Under the pieces are notes generated by a model. It saw only the letters and a program-made list of their open reading frames with translations, was not told the DNA's origin and did no database searches. The position numbers and the translations under genes were made by a program. Of a stretch of 64,000 nt of DNA, positions 33,579 through 43,206 are shown piece after piece. How positions within the stretch are numbered: the first letter of the stretch is position 1; each line of letters starts with the position of its first letter. This stretch comes from an uncultured Syntrophomonadaceae bacterium (lineage in GTDB: Bacteria; Bacillota; Dethiobacteria; DTU022): contig CAYMDO010000001.1 in NCBI GenBank assembly GCA_964389365.1, positions 5,938 through 69,937 on the forward strand, read 5' to 3'.

Positions 33579-34166
33579 TTATCCGCTATAATAGCTGCCT
33601 GTTTTTGATCTTCTGTTTCCCTGAACTGAAGTATCGGAGAATGAACTTTTAATAACACTTCTGTCCGAATAGCCGACCAAACCACCCGGATAATGGTCGC
33701 TGCTGCTTATTGTTCCTGTTACGGAACAGCCCGATATGGTACTCCTGTCCGCAAAACCAATAAGGCCCCCGACATACTTGTTGCCGCTGACCTTTCGTCC
33801 TTCTGCCGGTGATACAGACACGAAACAGTTATCGATCGTGCTTGAATAGGACTGTCCTGCCAGGCCACCGGTATAACTTCCGCCGGCAGCGCTATCAATA
33901 TCAAGATCAAGGTTAAGTATGGAAGCATTATTGATACAACCGAAAAACCCCGTGTAGTCCTTGCCCCCGCTTATTGAAATGTTGCTTAGAGTAAAATTTG
34001 AGCCGTCAAAAATACCTCTGAAAGGCCTGTCTTCCGTTCCAATGAAAATCCACACACCTGTCGAACTTATATTGTTTGCCAGTCGGTATTTGTCATCAAG
34101 AGCTTCGCGGACTTCATTAAGATGGGCGTAGGTTTCAATAATCCAGAAGCCATCAATTTTTTGCAT
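33579..34166 (-). CDS. GLUG-motif domain protein (short, likely truncated)
   Basis: Three GLUG-type repeats (YTGGLAG, YVGGLIG, YPGGLVG) preceded by a FxGxFDGxxxxISNL-type segment. No signal peptide. Only 195 aa, whereas family members are usually large surface proteins. Confidence 0.5.
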   Translation of the reverse strand: MQKIDGFWIIETYAHLNEVREALDDKYRLANNISSTGVWIFIGTEDRPFRGIFDGSNFTLSNISISGGKDYTGFFGCINNASILNLDLDIDSAAGGSYTGGLAGQSYSSTIDNCFVSVSPAEGRKVSGNKYVGGLIGFADRSTISGCSVTGTISSSDHYPGGLVGYSDRSVIKSSFSDTSVQGNRRSKTGSYYSG

Positions 34167-34325
34167 CGTTAATGCACTCCCGGACAGTGAAAATAAGGAC
34201 GGCAGTTGTTCATACTTAACTTCAGATTTTAGTGTGTTTAATCTTCAAAATTTTGCTGTTCGTTTAGAATATAACCAGCAACAGGTTGCCTGCACATTCC
34301 CATTATGACCAAATGTATTTTAGAA

Positions 34326-34751
34326 CTACTCTTCGATTACCACCTCACGGGTAGCCCTTATCTCCCCGCCGACAATGGCCACTATGCGGTAAAGTCCGGG
34401 GTTGTTAAAAAATACCAGGCTGTAAAGATCATGATCCTCTGTTTCAACGTCGTATATCTCCTGGGCCAGAATCTGATCATTTTTAGTATTGATTAGCTGA
34501 AAAGTAACCAGTTCGCTTTCGAATGGCCTGTTATTCTCAAAATGGATATAAAAATCCTGATTAACTTTGAAGGTATCGCTGAAAGTGACAATTATATTTT
34601 TCTCATCCAACTCCAACCCGGTTACGATGATTGCCCCATCGACAGAAATACTTTCGGGTATTCTAATCTCAGTTTCTTTTAAAAATCCAGTAAAAACTAC
34701 AGCAGCAATTATAGCTATAACAAATAAGATTATAACAAATCGCATCAGCAT
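34326..34751 (-). CDS. Hypothetical N-terminally membrane-anchored protein
   Basis: N-terminal TM helix, 141 aa, no recognisable motif. AT-rich context. Confidence 0.3.
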   Translation of the reverse strand: MLMRFVIILFVIAIIAAVVFTGFLKETEIRIPESISVDGAIIVTGLELDEKNIIVTFSDTFKVNQDFYIHFENNRPFESELVTFQLINTKNDQILAQEIYDVETEDHDLYSLVFFNNPGLYRIVAIVGGEIRATREVVIEE

Positions 34752-34911
34752 GGTTATTTGCCCCTCAATCTATAGTTCTTTCCCTATTCTACTTTATTTT
34801 GGACAATCTTCAATAGCGATTTGCCAGATCTGCAGGAACTGGAACCTGTTCTGTAGAACTTAACCCTGTTTTAGAGCAGTTATAGAGATTGAAACAGGAG
34901 GAGGCTTTCAG

Positions 34912-35451
34912 ATGAATTTATCGGTACGTAAGATAGTTATATCCGGGATACTCGGAGCAATCTCAATATTACTGGGTGTTACACGACTGGGTTTTATACC
35001 GGTTCCTACCCCGGCCGGCCATGCTACGATCATGCATATACCCGCTATTTTGGGCGGAATCCTTGAAGGCCCTGTAGTCGGCCTGATAACCGGCGCTATT
35101 TTTGGCATCTTCAGCTTTTTACAACCCGGGGCGCCTTTTTTTGCTGACCCGCTGGTATCGGTTTTGCCCCGCCTCTTTATCGGGATAGCAGCCTACCTGG
35201 TATACAATGCAACAAAAAGGGTCAACACCGTTTTAGCTTGCGTACTGGCCGGAGCTGTCGGTTCGGCAACCAATACCGTGCTGGTCCTAGGGATGGCAAC
35301 CATAAGAGGTTACCTGCCCGCTGAAGTATCGGTGTCGATTGGGGTCCTGCATGGCCTGCCGGAACTAATCGTAGCTGCTATCCTTGCAGTAATATTAGTG
35401 AATGGAATCCGGCGCATCAGGCCTGAAGAAGAAATCAAACTTCAGCCTTAG
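34912..35451 (+). CDS. ECF transporter substrate-specific (S) component, substrate unknown
   Basis: 179 aa with ~5-6 TM helices, directly upstream of ecfA1-ecfA2-ecfT. GGAGG RBS. Confidence 0.6.
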   Translation: MNLSVRKIVISGILGAISILLGVTRLGFIPVPTPAGHATIMHIPAILGGILEGPVVGLITGAIFGIFSFLQPGAPFFADPLVSVLPRLFIGIAAYLVYNATKRVNTVLACVLAGAVGSATNTVLVLGMATIRGYLPAEVSVSIGVLHGLPELIVAAILAVILVNGIRRIRPEEEIKLQP

Positions 35452-35471
35452 ACAACTGGAGTTGTTATCTT

Positions 35472-36311
35472 TTGCAAACAATAATCGAGGTAACTGACTT
35501 AAGATATATATACCGCTCCGGCAACGGCAATAATGTTCTCGCATTAAATGGAGTAAATATGCAGGTTTACCGGGGCGAAATTCTAGCTATAACCGGTCAG
35601 AACGGGTCAGGTAAATCTACTCTGGCCCGTCATTTTAACGCCCTGCTGACCCCTTCAAGCGGAACAGTAGCAGTAGACGGGCTTTCAGTAGCCGATAAAA
35701 AAAACACTGCAATAATACGCAGGTCTGTAGGGATGGTTTTTCAGAATCCTGACAACCAACTTGTCAGCAGCATCGTTGAAGAGGATATCGCATTCGGCCC
35801 TGAAAATTTAGGGCTGCCCCAGGCCGAAATTATTACCCGGGTTAATTGGGCCCTTAAGAGCCTTAACCTCGAAGCATACCGCCACCGTTCTCCAAGCAGC
35901 TTGTCAGAAGGACAAAAACAACTGGTAGCGATCGCCGGTGTTTTAGCGATGAAACCGAAATGCATCGTTTTGGATGAACCCACTTCCCACCTTGACCCGA
36001 GAGGCAAACGAGAGGTGCTTGAAAACATTCTGCGGTTGAACAGGGAAGAAGGTATTACAACCGTATTATTGACTCACTCTATGAACGAAGTAGTAAGCTG
36101 TGATCGAATGATTGTTATGGACCAGGGTGAGATAAAGATGACCGGAACACCAAAGGATCTCTTTAAACTGGCCGGACAGATCAGGGCTTTAGGCCTTGAT
36201 CTCCCCACTGCCACGCAGCTTGCTGACGGTTTGAGCGGCAGAGGTTTGGTAATACCAGAAAATATTTTAACAATCGAGGAGTTGGTAGAAAGTATATGCC
36301 AATTGCCGTAA
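35472..36311 (+). CDS. ecfA1: ECF transporter ATPase component A1
   Basis: Walker A GQNGSGKST, signature LSEGQKQ, Walker B VLDEPTSHLD. TTG start. Confidence 0.85.
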   Translation: MQTIIEVTDLRYIYRSGNGNNVLALNGVNMQVYRGEILAITGQNGSGKSTLARHFNALLTPSSGTVAVDGLSVADKKNTAIIRRSVGMVFQNPDNQLVSSIVEEDIAFGPENLGLPQAEIITRVNWALKSLNLEAYRHRSPSSLSEGQKQLVAIAGVLAMKPKCIVLDEPTSHLDPRGKREVLENILRLNREEGITTVLLTHSMNEVVSCDRMIVMDQGEIKMTGTPKDLFKLAGQIRALGLDLPTATQLADGLSGRGLVIPENILTIEELVESICQLP

Positions 36312-37162
36312 ATAATCTGTGTTTCAGTTATAAACAAGGAACCCCATTCGAAACGGAAGTTCTGCGCAATGTCTCGCTTTCGATTGAAGACGGCGAGTTT
36401 GTAGGGATAATCGGCCCGACCCAGTCCGGAAAAACTACACTGGCCCAGCATTTTAATGCACTGCTGACTCCCCAAAGCGGTTCTGTCACTGTGAACGGGG
36501 TTTTAACTTCAGACCCGCAGGCAAACCTAGTGGATTTACGGCTAAAAGTCGGCTACGTTTTTCAAAACCCCGATTACCAGCTTTTTGCCCAGACAGTCGG
36601 AGAAGATATTGCATTCGGCCCGAAAAACCAGAAACTGAGCATCGATGAGACAATAGGACGGGTAGCAGCGGCGATGGCGCAGGTGGGGCTCGACTATGAT
36701 ACTTTTAACCAGCGGGATATTTATGCTTTAAGCGATGGACAAAAAAGGAGAGCAGCAATTGCCGGGGTATTGGCCTGCAGGCCGGAAATACTCATTCTGG
36801 ATGATGTTACCGCCGGTATCGATCCCCGCGGCCGTGAAGAAATCATTGCTGTAATCCGCAAACTGCATCAAAAATATAAGATTACCATTATTTTTATCTC
36901 CAACAGTATGGATGAAGCAGCTGACCTGGCTGAACGGGTAATTGTCATTGACAAAGGGCAAATATTATTGGATGGAGCAGTCAGGGAAATATTCAACAAT
37001 TCTTCACAGCTTCAATCTATTGGCCTTGAAATACCTGAAGTGATCAATCTAACAGAAAAGCTGCAGAAAAGGGGCTGCGTTTTCCCCAAAATCCCTCTGA
37101 ACCTGGAGGAGGCTATTGACTATATTGAGGCTGCTTACAGGGAAAAGAAGGTAAAACACTGA
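36296..37162 (+). CDS. ecfA2: ECF transporter ATPase component A2
   Basis: Second ABC ATPase (GPTQSGKTT, LSDGQKRR), overlapping ecfA1 by 16 nt. Confidence 0.85.
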   Translation: MPIAVNNLCFSYKQGTPFETEVLRNVSLSIEDGEFVGIIGPTQSGKTTLAQHFNALLTPQSGSVTVNGVLTSDPQANLVDLRLKVGYVFQNPDYQLFAQTVGEDIAFGPKNQKLSIDETIGRVAAAMAQVGLDYDTFNQRDIYALSDGQKRRAAIAGVLACRPEILILDDVTAGIDPRGREEIIAVIRKLHQKYKITIIFISNSMDEAADLAERVIVIDKGQILLDGAVREIFNNSSQLQSIGLEIPEVINLTEKLQKRGCVFPKIPLNLEEAIDYIEAAYREKKVKH

Positions 37163-37989
37163 TGGAATTAACAAAAAATATTACTCTTGGCGTCTACCTG
37201 CCCGGGCAATCATTCATCCACCGACTTGATCCCAGGACCAAAATTATCGCTTCCGGTATCATAATCATTCTTCTGTTGCTGATCAAAACTTACCCGGCTT
37301 ACGGAGCGGTATTTCTATTCTTGTCTGCCGCGATGTTTGTAGCAGGAATCCCGGTCGGCTATGCTTTAAGAGGCTTCAAACCGATGCTGCCTGTCCTGAT
37401 CTTTATGTGGATCTTCCAGCTTTTTTTGTATTCAAACGATGGCGCAGAAACTTTTTTTTCCTGGTGGATTTTTTCAGCCACCTATGCCGGTTTTCACATG
37501 GGCGCACTGGTCACGCTGAGGGTAATTTTTTTATTCGGAATTACCACGCTATTAACCCTGACCACATCGATCGTAAGCCTTACAGATGGCTTGGAAAGCT
37601 TGCTCTGCCCGCTCAAGGCGATCGGGTTACCAACCCAGGAGTTGGTGATGACTATGGTCATTGCCCTGCGTTTTGTCCTGATCCTGGCTGAAGAGTTGGA
37701 TAAAATAGTTAAAGCACAGATGGCCCGCGGGGTAGCTTTTGATCGGGGAAACTTTATACAAAAAACCAAAAAACTCTTTCCCGTGTTTTTACCGCTATTT
37801 ATCAGCGCTTTCAGACGGGCTGAAGAGTTGATTATTGCCATGGAAGCCCGGAGCTACACCGGCGGCAGGCACCGGACAAAAATGAAAACCCTGCATTTAA
37901 GCAGGGTTGATCTTGAAGCAAGCGTTATTATGGCTGCCTTTACGGCACTAATCATCTTACTAATCCTGGTAACTGTACCGCCGATATAA
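37162..37989 (+). CDS. ecfT: ECF transporter transmembrane component T
   Basis: EcfT topology with the conserved A-R-G coupling motif (MARGVAF ... AMEARSY). Translationally coupled to ecfA2. Confidence 0.85.
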   Translation: MELTKNITLGVYLPGQSFIHRLDPRTKIIASGIIIILLLLIKTYPAYGAVFLFLSAAMFVAGIPVGYALRGFKPMLPVLIFMWIFQLFLYSNDGAETFFSWWIFSATYAGFHMGALVTLRVIFLFGITTLLTLTTSIVSLTDGLESLLCPLKAIGLPTQELVMTMVIALRFVLILAEELDKIVKAQMARGVAFDRGNFIQKTKKLFPVFLPLFISAFRRAEELIIAMEARSYTGGRHRTKMKTLHLSRVDLEASVIMAAFTALIILLILVTVPPI

Positions 37990-38042
37990 AATATACCTAT
38001 CTACCTGATATGCGAATCCTGCCGGCAAACACTGGTGATCTA

Positions 38043-39632
38043 TCAAACCCTGCAGCCAAATGATGTGCCAACAGCTATAGCAGAGCGCACCTGTTCGCTG
38101 TCCGGATTAACCCGCTTGGTACCGGAAACCGCTTCTTTCAGGGTTGCCGATCCAATGATGTTGCCGCTGAGACAGACCATCCTGTTAACTTTTTTTTCAT
38201 TGACCAGTTCAACTGCTTTAACCCCAAAGCGGGTAGCCAAAACCCGGTCATAAGAAGTGGGGCTGCCGCCTCTTTGCAGGTGACCCAGCACTGTAGCACG
38301 GCTTTCCATACCGGTCATTTTTTCGATCTCCCTGGATACAAAAAGACCGATTCCACCGAGCCGCTTTATCCCTCCCTGGATGCCATACAAAGGCTCTCCA
38401 CCCGCCAGATGAGCACCTTCTGCAATCACGATAATGCTAAATTTTTTACCACGCCTGCGGCGTTCATTTATTTTATCCACGATACAGCTAAATTCAAAAG
38501 GAAGTTCCGGTATTAGGATTATGTCACCCCCTCCGGCCATACCGGCCTGCAGGGCAATCCATCCTGCATGCCGGCCCATCACTTCAACCACCATGACCCG
38601 GTGATGCGATTCAGCCGTAGTGTGTATTTTATCAATAGCCTCGGTAGCTGTTGTTACGGCGGAATCAAAACCAAATGTTATGTCAGTGGCCGGGAGATCA
38701 TTGTCGATTGTCTTTGGGATACCGACAATCGGTACCCCCAATTCGCTGAAGCGGTGGGCTAACAGCAAACTGCCGTCACCACCGATTACAACCAGGCAGC
38801 TGATATCCCACCGTCCGAGATTTGCAAGGGCATCAGCTGAGCGATCCACACCCGTTTTGGTATAGTCAGATCCAGATGGTTTATAGTCAAAAGGATTGTC
38901 GCGGTTGGAAGTGCCCAGTATTGTCCCGCCGCGGTTGAGGATACCAGATACTGCAAGATCGTTAATAACCCTGGCATCATTTTCAACCAGCCCTTTAAAC
39001 CCATTATTAAAGCCTACCACTTCCAAACCATATTTATGAGCAGCCCCTTTAACCACAGCCCTGATCACAGCATTTAAACCCGGGCAATCACCACCGCCCG
39101 TCAGAATACCAATACGCCCATTTGCTTTATTATTCTTCAACGAAACCTGTTCCTCATTCCGGACAGGGCAGGCTGCTGCATCCGCATTATGATTATCCAG
39201 CGTCAGCGCTTCACGCGCCATGCGGTCAACCCGGCTATTATGCTCGTCATCGCCATGCCCCTTTACCTTGTGCCATTCAACTGTTAATTTATCCTTCAGC
39301 TCAAGCAGTTTTAACCATATATCGCGATTTTCAACAGTTTCTCCCTTGCTGTTACGCCAGCCGTTTATCTGCCAGCGGTCAAACCAGCGCTGCCGGAAAC
39401 AGTTGACCAGGTAAGCGCTGTCACTATATACCCTGACCGTGCTGCCGGCCGGTATCCTGGATAGGGCTTCGACTGCAGCTGTCAGTTCCATTCTTTGATT
39501 TGTTGTAGCTGCTGCTTGACCGGACAGCTCCTCTTCGATATCGCCAAGCATTATTAGTGCAGCCCACCCTCCGGGCCCCGGGTTACCGGAACAAGACCCA
39601 TCGGTGTAAACAATATATTCATTATTGTACAT
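38043..39632 (-). CDS. RNase HI domain fused in-frame to an ATP-type 6-phosphofructokinase
   Basis: Residues ~1-150 read YTDGSCSGNPGPGGWAALI...TNQRMELTAAVEAL...YSDSAYLVNCF...WHKVKGHGDDEHNSRVDRMAREA, carrying all four RNase HI catalytic residues D, E, D, D. A ~25 aa linker follows. Then comes a full PFK: RIGILTGGGDCPGLNAVIRAVV, GGDGSL, PKTIDNDL, MGRHAGWIAL. There is no stop codon between the domains. Start set at ATG 39632 (AGAGGAG 8 nt upstream). The ORF track's GTG at 39641 has no spacer. Confidence 0.75.
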   Translation of the reverse strand: MYNNEYIVYTDGSCSGNPGPGGWAALIMLGDIEEELSGQAAATTNQRMELTAAVEALSRIPAGSTVRVYSDSAYLVNCFRQRWFDRWQINGWRNSKGETVENRDIWLKLLELKDKLTVEWHKVKGHGDDEHNSRVDRMAREALTLDNHNADAAACPVRNEEQVSLKNNKANGRIGILTGGGDCPGLNAVIRAVVKGAAHKYGLEVVGFNNGFKGLVENDARVINDLAVSGILNRGGTILGTSNRDNPFDYKPSGSDYTKTGVDRSADALANLGRWDISCLVVIGGDGSLLLAHRFSELGVPIVGIPKTIDNDLPATDITFGFDSAVTTATEAIDKIHTTAESHHRVMVVEVMGRHAGWIALQAGMAGGGDIILIPELPFEFSCIVDKINERRRRGKKFSIIVIAEGAHLAGGEPLYGIQGGIKRLGGIGLFVSREIEKMTGMESRATVLGHLQRGGSPTSYDRVLATRFGVKAVELVNEKKVNRMVCLSGNIIGSATLKEAVSGTKRVNPDSEQVRSAIAVGTSFGCRV

Positions 39633-39653
39633 GCCTAACACTCCTCTTGCGCA

Positions 39654-42401
39654 TTAATCAGCTAAGCGGGAAAGGTCATTTAAAATCTGCTCCAGCTCGC
39701 GAATTTTCTCGCCATAACCTGCCCAGTCACCTTTCTGCTGGCGTGCCAGGGCTTCTTCGTAAACGCTCTGGGCCCTGCGAATCAGCTCTGCTAAAGTTGT
39801 ATCTTCAATGTCAGGCAGGCTGTCTGCTGCAGGCTGGTCTATAACGGGCAGTTCAGAGGGCGGTTGATCGGTGCCCCGGTCAGGAGTGTGAGCAGCCATT
39901 TCGCCGAAAATACGGATTAAACCTTTCTCCAAAGAGTCTTCCATAACTACTGTCTCCCCGAATACCACAATAACCCGGGCCAATTCCGGCAAACCGCCTC
40001 CTTCAGCTTCCAGGTAAACCGGTTCGACATAAAGCAGGGCATTGTTGATCGGCAGCACCAGCAGGTTTCCACGAATAACCCTTGAACCTGCCTGGCCCCA
40101 GAGCGTAAACTGTTCAGAAATCTCAGTGTTCTGGTCTATTCGGTTCTTAATTTGATTGGGACCGAGAATCACCCGCTCCTTGGGGAAGAGAAAAATTTCT
40201 ACATCCCCGTAATTGGGCTGGTCGCAACGGGCAACCATCCATGCAATCATGTTGTTTCGCTGGTCCGGTGTAAAGGGCAGAATTATCACATATTCCGGTT
40301 CGCTGTATCCGGGCAGTTGAAGTATCGTATAATAAGGCTCAACCTCCTGCTCCTGCCCAAATGACTGCTCCAGCGGAATTGCCCAGAGATCTTCTCGGGT
40401 ATAAAAAATATTCGGGTCAGTAATATGATATAGTGTGATAATCTGCGACTGGATATTAAAAAGGTCTTCAGGGTAACGCAAATGAGCCATTAAGCCGGCC
40501 GGCATATCTTCGATCGGGCTGAAGAGCTCAGGAAAAATTCCGGCATAGGTTTGGACCAGGGGATCTAAAGGGTCTATGATGTAGTAACGAACGCTACCAT
40601 TATAAGCATCGACCACGACTTTTACCGAGTTTCTGATGTAGTTGATATTACCGTATGGTGCCGAGTAGGGATAACTACCGGTTGTAGTGTAAGCATCCTG
40701 AATCCATAACAAGCGGCCATCATTAATCACGATGTATGGGTCACTGTCATACTTTAGGAAAGGCGCCAGTTTACGGACCCGCTCATGAATGTTACGGTCA
40801 AATAAAACTTTACTATCATTATTGAGTTCGTTAGAGACAAGAATCCGGTATTCCCCGAATTTTAAAGCAAAGAGCGCCCGGCGGAGAATGGAATGCAACT
40901 CAATACCGGCTTCTCCACTATAAAAGGTATATTCGTTAACATCACCGGCTGTGGCATAATGAAATTCAGGGGTATCGGTATTAACAATCACATAATCATC
41001 CGTGATCTCGCCAAAATAAATAGCCGGGTTATCAAGCTCAATGCTGCCGGCAGGGGGTATATCACCCAGAAAGTAACGTGGCAAACCTTCGTTGGTTACC
41101 TCGTTTACAGGGCTCATTGTTACACCGTAACCATGGGTCCACTGCAGCTGCAGATTAACCCAGGTTTGGGCCTGTGCTGCAAGTCGGCTTTTATCCAGTT
41201 CACGCGCAGAGATCATAACCTGGCGATAGCTGCCATCAATCATATAACGGTCGATGTCGCCATCAACAAAACGGTAATATAGCCTGATTGCCTGAAGTTC
41301 GTTAAAGGTGGTTAAAAGCGGACGGTGATCCCAGAGCCTTACATTGTTCATAGTACCCTGGTTTTCCTGTAAATCAGACCAGGTTATATTGGCGCTAGGA
41401 TCGTACAGCCTGGTAGCAAAATCCTCAACGCCATAAGCCATACGGGTAAACGCAATATTGTGTTCTATAAACTCACGTTCATAACTAAACTCGTTCGGCT
41501 CAACAACGAAACTCTGTATTGCTGCCGGGTAAGCGCCACCGCCAAGCATGGAAACACCGGTTAGAATCAGGATCCCGTATATGAAAAACCGGAAGCGGCG
41601 CAAGAAAATATTGGCAAGAAAAACGGCAGCTATAAACAGTGCCAGATACATGAGAACCGTTAGCACCACATAGTTGGCATGAATATCGGTATAACCTGCC
41701 CCATAGACTATGCCGCGCTGAGATAAAACAAGTTCGAACTGCTGCAGGCGGTAATCCCATACTTTTAAGCCAAAGATTAGGGCCAGTAAAACTGATATGT
41801 GACTGACGCTGCTGTTCGGCGGAAGTATCCAGTTCTTCCGTCCCTGAGCTGGCGGGTTTAGCATCATATAGATAAAGCCAACAATGATTAGGGAGACTAT
41901 CAGGATCATCATTAAAAAGCGATAGATAAAACGGTAAAAAGGAAGCCTGAAAACATAATAAGAAATATCCGCACCAAAAACAGGATCACTGATATTGAAG
42001 GATACATGGTTCAGATAACGCAGCAATTCCATCCAATAGTTGCCGGCATAGCCGGATAAAACATAGGCAAGGAAAGCCGCGGCTGCAAGAAAATAAAATA
42101 CAAGGCGTCGCGGAGTCAGAAGCTGCATCATCCCTGAGGCCATCAATCTTTCCCGCAGAGCAAGGTTGGGGAAGCTCAAAATATAACGGCGGGTTAAAAG
42201 CAGGTTGGCAAAAAGCACTGCAAAAATAAATAAAATGGCCCCGATTCTCATGCCCCATCGGGTCAGGTGCTGAGTCCAAAAAACCTGGGCTGCATCAAGA
42301 TCACGGAACCAAAGCAGGTCAAGATAAAAATTAGTGCCAGTTAATAAGACTGACCCGATAATCGCAAAAACCACTATGATCAAAACAAAACGGCTGCGCA
42401 T
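39654..42401 (-). CDS. UPF0182 family large polytopic membrane protein
   Basis: 915 aa. The N-terminus has multiple TM helices and the family-typical ...YLDLLWFRDL... opening, followed by a long extracytoplasmic region. Its stop is 12 nt from the rnhA-pfk start. Confidence 0.8.
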   Translation of the reverse strand: MRSRFVLIIVVFAIIGSVLLTGTNFYLDLLWFRDLDAAQVFWTQHLTRWGMRIGAILFIFAVLFANLLLTRRYILSFPNLALRERLMASGMMQLLTPRRLVFYFLAAAAFLAYVLSGYAGNYWMELLRYLNHVSFNISDPVFGADISYYVFRLPFYRFIYRFLMMILIVSLIIVGFIYMMLNPPAQGRKNWILPPNSSVSHISVLLALIFGLKVWDYRLQQFELVLSQRGIVYGAGYTDIHANYVVLTVLMYLALFIAAVFLANIFLRRFRFFIYGILILTGVSMLGGGAYPAAIQSFVVEPNEFSYEREFIEHNIAFTRMAYGVEDFATRLYDPSANITWSDLQENQGTMNNVRLWDHRPLLTTFNELQAIRLYYRFVDGDIDRYMIDGSYRQVMISARELDKSRLAAQAQTWVNLQLQWTHGYGVTMSPVNEVTNEGLPRYFLGDIPPAGSIELDNPAIYFGEITDDYVIVNTDTPEFHYATAGDVNEYTFYSGEAGIELHSILRRALFALKFGEYRILVSNELNNDSKVLFDRNIHERVRKLAPFLKYDSDPYIVINDGRLLWIQDAYTTTGSYPYSAPYGNINYIRNSVKVVVDAYNGSVRYYIIDPLDPLVQTYAGIFPELFSPIEDMPAGLMAHLRYPEDLFNIQSQIITLYHITDPNIFYTREDLWAIPLEQSFGQEQEVEPYYTILQLPGYSEPEYVIILPFTPDQRNNMIAWMVARCDQPNYGDVEIFLFPKERVILGPNQIKNRIDQNTEISEQFTLWGQAGSRVIRGNLLVLPINNALLYVEPVYLEAEGGGLPELARVIVVFGETVVMEDSLEKGLIRIFGEMAAHTPDRGTDQPPSELPVIDQPAADSLPDIEDTTLAELIRRAQSVYEEALARQQKGDWAGYGEKIRELEQILNDLSRLAD

Positions 42402-42412
42402 TGCTAATCCCC

Positions 42413-42445
42413 TCCGAAAAAATAGGTACCGGTTTACTCACCGGT
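42413..42445 (-). terminator. Rho-independent terminator after deoC
   Basis: ACCGGT-gagtaa-ACCGGT hairpin followed by ACCTATTTTTT on the minus strand. GGAGGGG RBS of the UPF0182 gene immediately after. Confidence 0.5.
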
Positions 42446-42537
42446 TAGTACTGGTTCAGCAAATCATAAAACCTAACCGGTATTTGCTTATCATACCCGC
42501 CGATTTGCAAGCAGTAAATGGTCTTACACCGGCAATC

Positions 42538-43185
42538 TTACCGTTTAACGATTGATATCCCGGAACTGGTCCCAATCCTGGTAGCTCCGGCTTCAATCAT
42601 CTGTAAAACAGCGACAAGATCGCGCACTCCACCGGATGCTTTTACACCAAGCCCCGGCCCAACTGTTTCGCGCATCAGTACAACATCAGCAACTGTTGCC
42701 CCACCCGGCCCAAATCCGGTCGAAGTCTTAACGTAGCTGGCCCCTGCCTGTTTTGCCAGCCTGCAAGCCAAAACTTTCTCATCTTCTGTAAGCAACCCCG
42801 TTTCGATAATTACCTTTACCGGACAACCTGCTGCCGCCTTAACAACGGCATCAATGTCTGCCCGCACATAGTCTTCCTTTTTATCTTTCAGTGCGCCTAT
42901 ATTGATTACCATATCAATTTCGGCAGCGCCGCTTTCAACGGCTTCTGCAGTTTCAAAAGCTTTTACCGCCGTTGTCACCGCTCCCAATGGAAAGCCGACC
43001 ACACAACAAACCTTAACTGTGCTGCCCTGAAGAGTGTGTACCGCAGCTTTAACATAATAGGAATTAATACAAACAGAATAAAAGCTAAACTTGACAGCTT
43101 CAAGGCAAAGCTCCTCAATTTGAGCTTCCGTTGCTTCCGGCTTCAGCAGGGTATGGTCTATATATCCGGCTAAATTTTCTGACAT
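42538..43185 (-). CDS. deoC: Deoxyribose-phosphate aldolase
   Basis: The class I aldolase Schiff-base lysine lies in ...[11 protein letters not shown]-terminus [11 protein letters not shown]. 215 aa. Confidence 0.9.
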   Translation of the reverse strand: MSENLAGYIDHTLLKPEATEAQIEELCLEAVKFSFYSVCINSYYVKAAVHTLQGSTVKVCCVVGFPLGAVTTAVKAFETAEAVESGAAEIDMVINIGALKDKKEDYVRADIDAVVKAAAGCPVKVIIETGLLTEDEKVLACRLAKQAGASYVKTSTGFGPGGATVADVVLMRETVGPGLGVKASGGVRDLVAVLQMIEAGATRIGTSSGISIVKR

Positions 43186-43206
43186 AATTTCAGCACTCCC
43201 CTGTTT

